Shown: positions 9,363 through 17,982 of the stretch, piece after piece | Position numbering within the stretch: position 1 is the first letter of the stretch | How the letters are laid out: each line of letters begins with the position of its first letter | Assembly: GCA_035542695.1 (NCBI GenBank) | Contig: DATKKY010000328.1 | Span: 1-37,941 of the forward strand | From: a bacterium | GTDB taxonomy: Bacteria; Arandabacterota; Arandabacteria; Arandabacterales; Arandabacteraceae | Direction of reading: 5' to 3' | DNA: 37,941 bases | Made by a program: the position numbers and the translations under genes | The notes under the pieces: generated by a model | Told to the model about the DNA's origin: nothing | What the model saw: only the letters and a program-made list of their open reading frames with translations | Databases searched by the model: none

Positions 9363-10256
9363 TTAAGTTCCAGTGTCGCCGCTTTCCTCAGCCGACGAGC
9401 CCTGCTCAAGATTGATCTCCCCCAAGCCGGTCGCGACGTTGATGTTCAGGGTTACCTTGGAATTCCCATAGGCCTCGTTGACATAAGCATCGCCGTCGCG
9501 GGCGAAGCCTCCCGCGTTTACCGAGCCGAAGCCGTGCTTGGCTGTCACGCGGACCCCCACATCCGTAGGCAACCGCAGGGTGGCCGCTCCCACCCCACCA
9601 TCGATGTGGGCGTCAAGGTCGGCTTTCCACTCCCCAGTCAAGTCCAGCTTCACAGCGCCCGCGCCGAACTTGAGATCGAGTCGAGTGACCGATGGCGTGC
9701 CGGTAAGATCCACCTCCAGCTGGCCAGCGCCGGCATTGATGTTGAGCTTGCCGAGCGAGAGACTTCCCAGATCGAGCCTCCCGCGGCCCGCGCCCATCTC
9801 GATCGCCAGATTGAGAGGCACATTTTCGGCGAGCTTCAGGTCCCACTCATTGTGGATCCGGGCAGCAAGGGATGTCTTGCCGGTGTGAGGTTGCTCCACC
9901 AAGAGCGTCCCGTGGCCCTCGCTGACCTTGTAGTCCATTCGTGGCTTCCATTCGGCCACATTGTATCTGAATTCGGCATCCAGCAGTCGGGCCGAGCCGC
10001 CGGCAATATTGAGCGTTCCCGCGCCCATGACGATCTTGGCATCAACCGCCCGAGCACCGGACAGTTCGGTCGAGATGGTTTCGGTCTCGAGAGGCCCGAC
10101 CTTGACCCGACCCTGGCACCCCACAACGCCCAAGACCAAGGCTAGTGCCACGAGAGCAGCCATCAATTTGGAGATGGCCGCCGGTGTCGAGACCACCGGC
10201 CTGGCCGCGAGTTCCGAGCGCCCCAAAGGCGCTGCCCTTCGTTCCCCGGTTGCCAC
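9363..10256 (-). CDS. Toast-rack (DUF2154/LiaF-C-like) beta-rich protein, probable lipoprotein
   Basis: Lipobox-like LVLGVVGC. Repetitive beta segments GAGTLNIAGG / GAGRGRLDLG / NAGAGQLEVDL / FGAGAVKLDL / GGVGAATLRLP. The GTG start is supported by AAGGAGG 6 nt upstream. Confidence 0.7.
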   Translation of the reverse strand: MATGERRAAPLGRSELAARPVVSTPAAISKLMAALVALALVLGVVGCQGRVKVGPLETETISTELSGARAVDAKIVMGAGTLNIAGGSARLLDAEFRYNVAEWKPRMDYKVSEGHGTLLVEQPHTGKTSLAARIHNEWDLKLAENVPLNLAIEMGAGRGRLDLGSLSLGKLNINAGAGQLEVDLTGTPSVTRLDLKFGAGAVKLDLTGEWKADLDAHIDGGVGAATLRLPTDVGVRVTAKHGFGSVNAGGFARDGDAYVNEAYGNSKVTLNINVATGLGEINLEQGSSAEESGDTGT

Positions 10257-10373
10257 GTAGTGCCTCCTTCTTATTAGGCTCGGATGCCAGTATAGGTCTC
10301 GCCTCCACCCAAGTCAATCAGCCCTGGGGCTGCGGCTCCCAGCCGTTGACAAGCCCGCCGGGGGGGTGATATC

Positions 10374-10811
10374 GTGGGCGCGCCTATGAAACCGCGCGCG
10401 GCTTTGTCGCTGAGTCTTAGTGCATCCGCATTTCAGCACTACATCCTGAGGCCGGCAATCCTGATCTGGGTTGTGCTCGCCGCCGTGATGATTTGCCTCG
10501 GGCTCTACGATATCTACGCCCCGCCGGGCAAGTCGCCGGTTGCGCGATTATTCAAGCACCGCGTCAATCTTGCTACCGAACAATGGAAGGCTACCGAAGA
10601 GGTGTTGAAGACCCTGCCTCCAGTCCGGACGGTCCTGGTCGATACCGACAATCGCCCCTTCTTCTACCTCCTGCGCTACCGGCTCTATCCCACCTGGGTG
10701 GTCACGGAGCGGGAGCTGGCGTCATGGAAGCGCAGCCCCTCGGATTCGATCGACGCCACCGTGATCTACCGCAAGGGAACAGTCCGAATCGAGGGTGCGA
10801 AAAGCCCATGA
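10374..10811 (+). CDS. Hypothetical small membrane protein
   Basis: One predicted TM segment (ILIWVVLAAVMICLGLY). Its stop overlaps the next start (ATGA). No family recognised. The start is either the GTG at 10374 or the ATG at 10386. Confidence 0.5.
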   Translation: MGAPMKPRAALSLSLSASAFQHYILRPAILIWVVLAAVMICLGLYDIYAPPGKSPVARLFKHRVNLATEQWKATEEVLKTLPPVRTVLVDTDNRPFFYLLRYRLYPTWVVTERELASWKRSPSDSIDATVIYRKGTVRIEGAKSP

Positions 10812-12238
10812 TCTGGCAGGGGTTGAGATTGCTGCTTGCGCTCGGCTTAGTGGCCTTGGTGGGAGCGGGGATAGCGAGGCCGGAGCAAGGCAAGCGCTGG
10901 TACGCCCTCGGGGCATATGGATTCGGGGTCTCCTTCGCCCTTGGAATCGCTGCAGTTGCCGGCTACATGCTGATTCTGTCGGCCTTCGGGCTTTCGCTTT
11001 CGTTCTGGAAGATAGTGCTGGTGGCCGCGGTCCCGGTGGTCTCTCTGGCGCTCCTCGCCGTTCGGCGGAGCCGCGTGCTCCCTCACGTTCCAAGCGAACC
11101 CGCCAGCGGCAGCTTCGTCTCAACCGACTTGGTCCGGCCGGCGATTGCCATTGGCCTCCTGGCGCTCACCACCGCATTCGTGTTCATCGGGTGCTTCGTT
11201 GAACCTATCTCCGAGGAAGATCCGGTAGCAGCCTGGAGTTTCCACGCCAAACTCTTCTTCCACAACCACACAGCCTTTCCGGCCTATCTTACGAGTGGGG
11301 CATCCGGACCCTACGCTTCTTACTCCCCACCCTTCCTCCCGCTGGTCCAAACCTGGGGCCACTTCGCCATGGGTGCTTACAACGACTTGGCGATCAAACT
11401 CGTGTTCTGCTTCATCTACGTGGCAATACTGTCGGTCATGTTCACGGCGCTCCGCCGGTACGTGTCGAAAACTTACAGCCTCGCGGTGATGCTCCTGGTA
11501 GCCGCGGCCCCCGCGCTGGTGATTCCATTTCCTAGTGGCAGCGTCGCCTCAGGATACGCCGACGTGCCCTTGTCGCTCTTTTTGGCCGCCACGGCATGCC
11601 TGTTGGTTTTCTGGGCCAGCGGGGAGGGCTTGAAACCACTGGTCCTCGCAAGCGTGCTGGCATCATCAGCCATGTGGACCAAGCGGGAGGGCATGGCTTT
11701 CTCGATTGTGGCGACGTTGCTGGTCTGGGCGCTTGCCCTGTGGCCTGCCGGCAAGCGTAGGACCAGCAATCTCCGGGGTCAGGTGATCTTCACCGGGGTC
11801 CAGGCCGCCTCGATGATCCTGCTGGCCATGTACAAAGGCCGCTTTCCAGGCACCTTCGCGGGCGAACCGGTCCAATTCGCCAAGCTTCTTTCCGGCGAAT
11901 CAGTCGTCAGATTCGTGAAGTTGTGCGCCTTGTTCGTGATGGAAGGCCTGAATCCGACCAGATGGGGTCTGCTTTGGATCGTCGCAGTTCTGGCAATCAT
12001 CCTCCGCGCGCGGCAGCTCCGCAATCCCGCGTTGGTGGTGCCCCTCTGGCTGATTGGAGGACAGGTCTTGGTGTCGGTGCTCTTCATGACGGTCAGCGGG
12101 TACCCGGTGGCCCAGCACGCCTATCTTGACATGAGGCGGGTTTTGGTCACGGTCGCCCCGATCGCCGGGATACTGATTGGACTGCTCTCAGCAACCGAGG
12201 ACCGCGCCGCAAGTCCACGCCGTGGCGCAGACGCCTGA
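10808..12238 (+). CDS. Polytopic membrane protein, GT-C-fold (ArnT/PMT-like) glycosyltransferase candidate
   Basis: About 476 aa with many hydrophobic helices. The start MIWQGLRLLL overlaps the upstream stop by 4 nt. The family call rests only on overall architecture and is weak. Confidence 0.5.
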   Translation: MIWQGLRLLLALGLVALVGAGIARPEQGKRWYALGAYGFGVSFALGIAAVAGYMLILSAFGLSLSFWKIVLVAAVPVVSLALLAVRRSRVLPHVPSEPASGSFVSTDLVRPAIAIGLLALTTAFVFIGCFVEPISEEDPVAAWSFHAKLFFHNHTAFPAYLTSGASGPYASYSPPFLPLVQTWGHFAMGAYNDLAIKLVFCFIYVAILSVMFTALRRYVSKTYSLAVMLLVAAAPALVIPFPSGSVASGYADVPLSLFLAATACLLVFWASGEGLKPLVLASVLASSAMWTKREGMAFSIVATLLVWALALWPAGKRRTSNLRGQVIFTGVQAASMILLAMYKGRFPGTFAGEPVQFAKLLSGESVVRFVKLCALFVMEGLNPTRWGLLWIVAVLAIILRARQLRNPALVVPLWLIGGQVLVSVLFMTVSGYPVAQHAYLDMRRVLVTVAPIAGILIGLLSATEDRAASPRRGADA

Positions 12239-12290
12239 GTATTCGGGGACGTGAATTGCCTTCCGGCGCGGTTGTCGAAAGCGCCAGTCG

Positions 12291-13772
12291 TCAGTCGTTC
12301 CTGGACCAGCGCCGCTCGCCAAGGGATTGATCGAGGTCACGAGCCGAGAGTCCCAGATAGCCGAGAGCATTGGCCGGGATCTCCATGGGCAGCGGCTCGG
12401 GGCCGGTCCGCGACCCCTCCAGGAAATTCGCTGCCGCCGCGAATCCCGAGATAAGTGACTCATCTATAGTTGAGTAGTAGAAACGTCCGTTCCGCCCGAC
12501 GAGCGAGAGGTTCTCGAAGCGCTCGAGGAACCCGAGGACTATGGCAAGGGGACGCCGGTAGTCCAGACCCCAGAAAGGATAAGCGTGGGGCACAAGCACT
12601 TTCTCGGCTGCCCCCAGCTCGGGGCCCTGGAGCAGCCCGATCTTGCGGCCTGCGGCAAGGGTCAGCTCCAAGAGCTCTTCGGTCGAAGCCTTCCAGAATG
12701 AGTCGCCCTGGTTGGAGAAGAACTCGACCACCAGTGAGGTGTGCTCCTGGTCGGGTACCATCTCCGGACTCCAGTTCTTCGGCTCATGCCACCTCCCGAA
12801 AGGCACTGACTCATCCGGGAAGTATATCCACGAATCATCGGTCACTCGCGGCGAGTTGATCCGTACAAATAGCGTGACCAGATCGCGATAAGCCAGCTGT
12901 CTAGCAGCTGCCAGGACATCCGCCGGCGGGGGCGGATCAAGCGCCGTAACCAATCGATCCAGGTCTATGGACGACGCCACCCAGTCCGCCGAAAACTCTT
13001 GCGTCGCGCCGCCGGAATCGCGGCACAATATGGTCTCGAGCCGCTTCCCGTCGTGCATTACTCGCGTCACCTCGCGACCCAGGTTTACCCTGCCGCGCTG
13101 CGCCTCTACGTCTCTCGCGAGGTAGTTGGAGATCTGTCCGATACCGTGGCGCGGGTAGAGAAAGCAATCCACAAGCGTTCCCAAGTCGCTCCTCCGGGAA
13201 AAGAACTCCCGGATCACCTTGCCCAGGGAAAGCCCCTTTATGCGTAGAGCCGCCCAGTCGGCTGATATGGTGCTGGGTTCGACGCCCCACACCTTGCGGG
13301 TGTAGCCCTCGAAGTTGAACTCGTAGAGCGTCCTGCCGAAACGATGCACCACCCAGTCTTCGAAGGAGTTTTCCACTCGGCCGCTCTTCGATCTGGCCTT
13401 TTCCACGACACAATCCGCGAGCATCTTGAAGCAGTCTCCGAGCGGCAGCTGCCGCGTGACATTGCCAAGCCGCACTGGATAATCAAAGAACCTGCCGCGA
13501 AGATACAGCCGGCTCTTCCGCGGTGTGTTTATGAACTCATCCCCAAGCAGGCGCTGCAGGAATGGGACCACGTACCGCGACGGGCTGTAGAAGCGATGAC
13601 CGCCAAGATCATAGTAATAGCCGTCAGCAGTGCGCCGGGTCAGCGCAAGTCCACCGGGAATGGCAAGCTTCTCAACCACTTCGGTCGAGGCGCCACCGCG
13701 GGAGGCAAGATAGGCCGCGCCAAGCCCGGCTACCCCACCTCCAAGCACCAGAACGGATGACTTGTTCGGCAA
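12291..13772 (-). CDS. FAD/NAD(P)-dependent oxidoreductase (amine-oxidase/desaturase fold)
   Basis: N-terminal dinucleotide-binding motif VLVLGGGVAGLGAAYLAS..VVEK. TTG start with a GAGGTGA SD. 493 aa. Confidence 0.75.
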   Translation of the reverse strand: MPNKSSVLVLGGGVAGLGAAYLASRGGASTEVVEKLAIPGGLALTRRTADGYYYDLGGHRFYSPSRYVVPFLQRLLGDEFINTPRKSRLYLRGRFFDYPVRLGNVTRQLPLGDCFKMLADCVVEKARSKSGRVENSFEDWVVHRFGRTLYEFNFEGYTRKVWGVEPSTISADWAALRIKGLSLGKVIREFFSRRSDLGTLVDCFLYPRHGIGQISNYLARDVEAQRGRVNLGREVTRVMHDGKRLETILCRDSGGATQEFSADWVASSIDLDRLVTALDPPPPADVLAAARQLAYRDLVTLFVRINSPRVTDDSWIYFPDESVPFGRWHEPKNWSPEMVPDQEHTSLVVEFFSNQGDSFWKASTEELLELTLAAGRKIGLLQGPELGAAEKVLVPHAYPFWGLDYRRPLAIVLGFLERFENLSLVGRNGRFYYSTIDESLISGFAAAANFLEGSRTGPEPLPMEIPANALGYLGLSARDLDQSLGERRWSRND

Positions 13773-14104
13773 CCTTCACCTCTTGGTCGGGACTCGTCGA
13801 GAGCACGACCGCCTAGTCTGATTCGGCTGTCGGCCCAGGCTGCTTTAGAATCCGGGCGGCAGTAAGCCCCGCCACATCTTGGGTATATTAACACACGGGG
13901 CTGTGGTCCGCACCCCAGGTTGGCTGCCTCCAGCCGGAGCGCCGCTGGGGGCGCCAAAGAACCGCTGGAAACCCTTGATCTCGTCATGTAAACTTGTTTA
14001 GGTAGCTTTGGTTGGGATATGCCGACAGGCCGGCCCGCTCAGGGCCGGCTGCGTTCGAAGCTTGCAGTGGAGCATACTGCTGGCTCGTACATGAAGGGTC
14101 AACC

Positions 14105-14560
14105 ATGAAGACTGTAAAGGTGCTGGTGTTTCACCCGGAGCTCTGCGAGGGTGACCGGGCCTGCGAGCGCGCTTGCTCCAAGGTGCAGTACTTCAAGTCC
14201 GACGAGGGCGGCGAGAAATCCGCCTTGCGGATCACCCAAGACAAGGACGGCAAGTTTAGCTCAACCGTATGCAACCACTGCGGGCTTTGTGTGGACCTCT
14301 GCCCGGTGCTCGCTCTCCGGAGGCTCAAGTCCGGAGTGGTCGCCCTCAATAGGGCCCTGTGCGTCGGGTGCCAGGCGTGCGTAGCCTTCTGCCCGACCAG
14401 CGTGATGCGCAAGGCGCCTGGTTTCATCGTCCCCTTCAAGTGCATCTCTTGCGGCAAGTGCGTTGAGGCCTGCCCGAAGAAGGCGCTGGAGCTGGTGGAG
14501 GTGCCGATCGAGGAGCTTGAGCGCGAGGTCTATGCGAGGCACGGGAGGGTTTGCCCATGA
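14105..14560 (+). CDS. Poly-[4Fe-4S] ferredoxin, electron-transfer partner of AOR (AorA-like)
   Basis: Three canonical motifs CNHCGLCVDLCP, CVGCQACVAFCP and CISCGKCVEACP, plus an atypical N-terminal CEGDRACERAC. The stop overlaps the AOR start (ATGA). The ORF-track start at 14012 is rejected in favour of ATG 14105 (MKTVKV). Confidence 0.85.
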   Translation: MKTVKVLVFHPELCEGDRACERACSKVQYFKSDEGGEKSALRITQDKDGKFSSTVCNHCGLCVDLCPVLALRRLKSGVVALNRALCVGCQACVAFCPTSVMRKAPGFIVPFKCISCGKCVEACPKKALELVEVPIEELEREVYARHGRVCP

Positions 14561-16920
14561 AGGGCCCCGAAAACACAATTGAATGCGATTTTAAGCCGAG
14601 GACACTCAAGACCGAGGGCGGCTTCGAGACCGGCAATACCCGCCACGCCTGGGACTACGCCAAACTGCGCGCCGCCCACAAGCTGCTGCGCGAGTACAAA
14701 TACGAGAAACGCCCGGTGGTCCGCGGTTATGCCGGCCGCACACTGTACGTCAATCTCACCACCAACGAGATCAAGGAGAAGCCGCTTACCGATGAGATGA
14801 AGCACCTCTTCACGGGCGGCAAGGGGTTCGACCTCAAACTCCTGTATGACGCCATCAAGCCTACCACCAGATGGGACAGCGAAGAAAACGAGCTGGTGCT
14901 TGCTGCCGGGCCGCTCTGCGGCACTACGCAGTACTCGGGCATGGGCAAGTGCTTGGCCGCCACCGTTTCCCCCCTGACCGACATCATCTGCGACTCCAAT
15001 GCCGGCGGCTACTACGCACCCTACCTCAAGTTTGCGGGCTTTGACGCCATCGAGATCCAGGGCAAGGCCGCTGAGGACGTCGCCATCATTGTGGACGGCA
15101 ATGAGGGTGTCGTGAGAATCGAGACCGCTCCCCTGGAGGAGGTCAATTCCCATCTCCTGGCCGAACAGCTGACCTACCTCTTTGCCGCAGAAGACAGCGA
15201 GAGCGCCAGGCAGAAGGTCGCGGTGGTCTCATCGGGGCGCGGCGCCGAGCATTCCTATTGGGGCTGCCTCAACATCTCCTTCTACGATCCACGGCGCAAG
15301 GTGGCCAGGCTCAAGCAGCATGGGCGTGGCGGCCTGGGCACCGTCTTCAGGAACAAGAAACTCAAGGCCCTGGTCGCGCGGGTCCCGGAGATGCATGGCC
15401 TCTTGAACAATCCGGCCGACCCGGACAAGGTCGCCGCCACGGGCGCCAGGCATCACATCGAGATGCGGGACCTGGATAAGAGCCAGTGCAACATGCGGGT
15501 GGTCGGCACGGGCAATATCGTCGAAGTGATGGATGCCTATGACCTCTTGCCGGTCGAGAACTACCGCTTCGGCTCATCGCCCAAGGCTGCCAACCTGCAC
15601 TCCAAGCACTTCTATAAGCGCTTCACGCAGGTCATACCCGATGGCTGCTGGTATGGCTGCACCATGGCCTGCGCCAAGGTGGTTGACGGTTTCACGGTGA
15701 TGACCGGCCCATACAAGGGCATGAGATTCTCGGTGGACGGCCCGGAGTATGAGAACTCGGGCGGCTGCGCCAACATGGGCCTCTTTGATCCCGACTGGGT
15801 GATCGAATGGAACTTCTACTGCGACTGTTACGGGATTGACACCATCTCCTTCGGCACGGGGACGGCTTTCTACTTGGAGATGTACGAGTACGGCATCCTT
15901 AATAAGGAGCGGACAGGCGGGTTGGAGTTGGTGTGGGGGAACGGGGAGGCGATCCTGGAGTTCATGCATCGGATCGCCCGGGGCGACCAGCATGAATTCA
16001 TCCAGGTGGCGGCAAAGGGTATTCGCAAGACCAAGGATTGGCTCAAGTCCAAGGGCTGGGGCGATCCCGACTTGATCGAGAACTGCGGCATGGAGAACAA
16101 GGGGCTGGAGTTCTCGGAATACATGTGCAAGGAATCGTTGGCGCAGCAGGGCGGCTACGGCCTGACCAACAAGGGGCCGCAGCATGACGAGGCCTGGCTG
16201 ATTTTCATGGACATGGTCAACAAGCAGATACCCACCTTCGCGGACAAGGCTGAGGCGCTGCACTACTTCCCGGTCTGGCGCACCTGGTTCGGCCTGGTCG
16301 GCCTGTGCAAGCTCCCCTGGAACGATGTGACTCCCCTCTCCAATGCCAAGGCCAAGGAACCTGCCAAGGTGCCCGAGCATGTCCAGAACTACGCCGATAT
16401 CATGTCCGGGACCCTGGGCGTGGAGGTCAAGCCCCAGGACTTGATCGACCAGAGTGAGCGCGTTTACAACTTCCAGCGCGCGATGAATGTCTGGATGGGC
16501 CGTGGAAGGCGGAAGGACGATTGGATTCCGTACCGGGCCAAGGGCCCCGTGACCGAGATCGAGTACCTGTCGCGGCAGGAGCGTTACGACAAGCAGCTGG
16601 TGGAGAACAAGCTGATCACCAAGGAAGCCCTGGCCAAGATGACGGCGCGCGAAAAGCGCGAGCTCCTGGCCTCCTACCGCGACGACCAGTACGAGAAGCT
16701 GACTGATGCAGTGTACTACCGGCGCGGCTGGACGCCCAACGGCATACCGACACCCCAGAAGATGAGAGCACTTGGCTTTGGCACCTACAAGGAGCTCCTG
16801 GATATGCTCCAGCAAAAGATCGACCAGGATGAGCGGGAGGGTCTCAACCAGTGGGGCGGCAAATACGGCAAGGGAGAGCAGCCTCCCACGACCAAGCCGC
16901 GGTATTGGGAGAAATGGTAA
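14557..16920 (+). CDS. Aldehyde:ferredoxin oxidoreductase family (tungstopterin) enzyme, unusually long at 787 aa
   Basis: AOR hallmarks: GYAGRTLYVNLT N-domain start, GPEYENSG (catalytic Glu region), CDCYGIDTIS (pterin-binding DxxGxD-type motif) and GLVGLCKLPW (cluster Cys region). GGGAGGG SD lies 7 nt before ATG 14557. Confidence 0.9.
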   Translation: MKGPENTIECDFKPRTLKTEGGFETGNTRHAWDYAKLRAAHKLLREYKYEKRPVVRGYAGRTLYVNLTTNEIKEKPLTDEMKHLFTGGKGFDLKLLYDAIKPTTRWDSEENELVLAAGPLCGTTQYSGMGKCLAATVSPLTDIICDSNAGGYYAPYLKFAGFDAIEIQGKAAEDVAIIVDGNEGVVRIETAPLEEVNSHLLAEQLTYLFAAEDSESARQKVAVVSSGRGAEHSYWGCLNISFYDPRRKVARLKQHGRGGLGTVFRNKKLKALVARVPEMHGLLNNPADPDKVAATGARHHIEMRDLDKSQCNMRVVGTGNIVEVMDAYDLLPVENYRFGSSPKAANLHSKHFYKRFTQVIPDGCWYGCTMACAKVVDGFTVMTGPYKGMRFSVDGPEYENSGGCANMGLFDPDWVIEWNFYCDCYGIDTISFGTGTAFYLEMYEYGILNKERTGGLELVWGNGEAILEFMHRIARGDQHEFIQVAAKGIRKTKDWLKSKGWGDPDLIENCGMENKGLEFSEYMCKESLAQQGGYGLTNKGPQHDEAWLIFMDMVNKQIPTFADKAEALHYFPVWRTWFGLVGLCKLPWNDVTPLSNAKAKEPAKVPEHVQNYADIMSGTLGVEVKPQDLIDQSERVYNFQRAMNVWMGRGRRKDDWIPYRAKGPVTEIEYLSRQERYDKQLVENKLITKEALAKMTAREKRELLASYRDDQYEKLTDAVYYRRGWTPNGIPTPQKMRALGFGTYKELLDMLQQKIDQDEREGLNQWGGKYGKGEQPPTTKPRYWEKW

Positions 16921-17537
16921 AGGGTCCGCCGCCTATGGACCAGGGTGAGAGGGCGAAGCTAGAGGCCAAGTTGCGCAAGGCCTCGGTCGGCATTGCCGGC
17001 GCCGGCGGTCTGGGTTCCAATGCCGCAGTGGCACTGGCTCGGGCGGGCGTCGGTCGTCTTGTGATCGTCGATTTCGACACGGTTGAAAAAAAGAATCTCA
17101 CCCGCCAGTACTATTTCCTCGATCAGGTCGGCAAACTAAAAGTCGAGGCTATCAAGGCAACAATCGAACGCGCTATTGAGGGTGTAAAGGTGGATGCGAT
17201 TGCCAAGAAGCTACTCCCCGGCGAAATGGCCGCACCCTTCAAGGACGTCGATGTGGTCGTGGAGGCCCTGGACGACGCTCAGACCAAGACCCGCTTCGTT
17301 AAGGAAGTGATGCGAGACCTGCCCGGGAAACCGGTGGTCGCGGCCTCTGGAGTGGCCGGCTGGGGAGGGTGCGAGAGAATTGAGCTCAAGAGATTCGAGC
17401 CGCTTCACCTGGTCTGCGACCAGCGCGCCAAGTCCAGCGATGAGGGCCTGCTCTTAGCGCCCAAGGTTTCTACACTGGCCAACATGCAAGCCAACGTGGT
17501 GCTGGAGCTCCTGCTGGGGACAGAAGATGTCCATTGA
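16914..17537 (+). CDS. thiF: ThiF/MoeB-type E1-like adenylyltransferase, short 'ThiF family 2' form
   Basis: VGIAGAGGLGSNAAVALARAGVGRLVIVDFDTVEKKNLTRQ, and later VVEALDDAQTKTRFV..PVVAASGVAGWG. No rhodanese domain. The start is ATG 16914 (7-nt overlap with AOR) or ATG 16935. Confidence 0.85.
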   Translation: MVKGPPPMDQGERAKLEAKLRKASVGIAGAGGLGSNAAVALARAGVGRLVIVDFDTVEKKNLTRQYYFLDQVGKLKVEAIKATIERAIEGVKVDAIAKKLLPGEMAAPFKDVDVVVEALDDAQTKTRFVKEVMRDLPGKPVVAASGVAGWGGCERIELKRFEPLHLVCDQRAKSSDEGLLLAPKVSTLANMQANVVLELLLGTEDVH

Positions 17538-17727
17538 TGTAAACGGCGAGATCATACCCTACACCAAGGGGGAGACTGTCACCGAGCTCCTGGCTCGCAT
17601 GAATTATGTCTTCCCGATGCTGGTAGTGGCTATAGATGGCAGAGTGATCCAGGAAGCGGATTTCCCCTCTGCTACCTTCGAAGACGGTGCCAAGATTGAG
17701 GTGATCCACCTCACCAGCGGGGGCTAG
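17527..17727 (+). CDS. thiS: ThiS/MoaD-type ubiquitin-like sulfur carrier protein
   Basis: 66 aa ending in ..IEVIHLTSGG (C-terminal Gly-Gly). The start overlaps the thiF stop by 11 nt. Confidence 0.85.
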   Translation: MSIDVNGEIIPYTKGETVTELLARMNYVFPMLVVAIDGRVIQEADFPSATFEDGAKIEVIHLTSGG

Positions 17728-17982
17728 CCGCCGGCGGCACAATACCCGTTTCCGCGAAGATGCGCCCCGGCCCTACTTACTCCCCTGCTTACTTCATCTT
17801 ATAGGCAATCACTGAGAGCACCGCACCCTGAGGATCTTTCGCCCTGGCCACCAGCCTTGAGAAGGCGGAAACTCGGCCATTCTCCTGTTGACAATCATCC
17901 GACTTACGGTGCAGGATGCTTGTCAATAGGTGGAATGCGGTCTGGCTCAAGGTTCAGGCCTGGCTTTCATTGGACTCTATCA

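Noticed and set aside
10493-10807. Upstream 105 codons of track ORF 10493..12238
   Set aside because: They overlap the 10374..10811 ORF in another frame and are Arg/Pro/Gly-rich. The hydrophobic protein clearly begins at MIWQGLRLLL (ATG 10808) with an ATGA coupling.
15574-16815. 413-aa ORF on the minus strand
   Set aside because: It is antisense to the AOR gene, has no motifs, and shows shadow-ORF composition.
17727-17738. 12-nt perfect palindrome GCCGCCGGCGGC right at the thiS stop, considered as a terminator
   Set aside because: It has no loop and no downstream T-tract. Such GC palindromes are expected by chance in GC-rich DNA.
17812-17850. CTGAGAG...ACCCTGAGGATC string downstream of thiS that superficially resembles a THI-box
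   Set aside because: It lacks the GGGG(U/A)GC 5' element and the CCUGAUCNGGNUAAUNCCNGCGNAGGGA core, so it is not a TPP aptamer.
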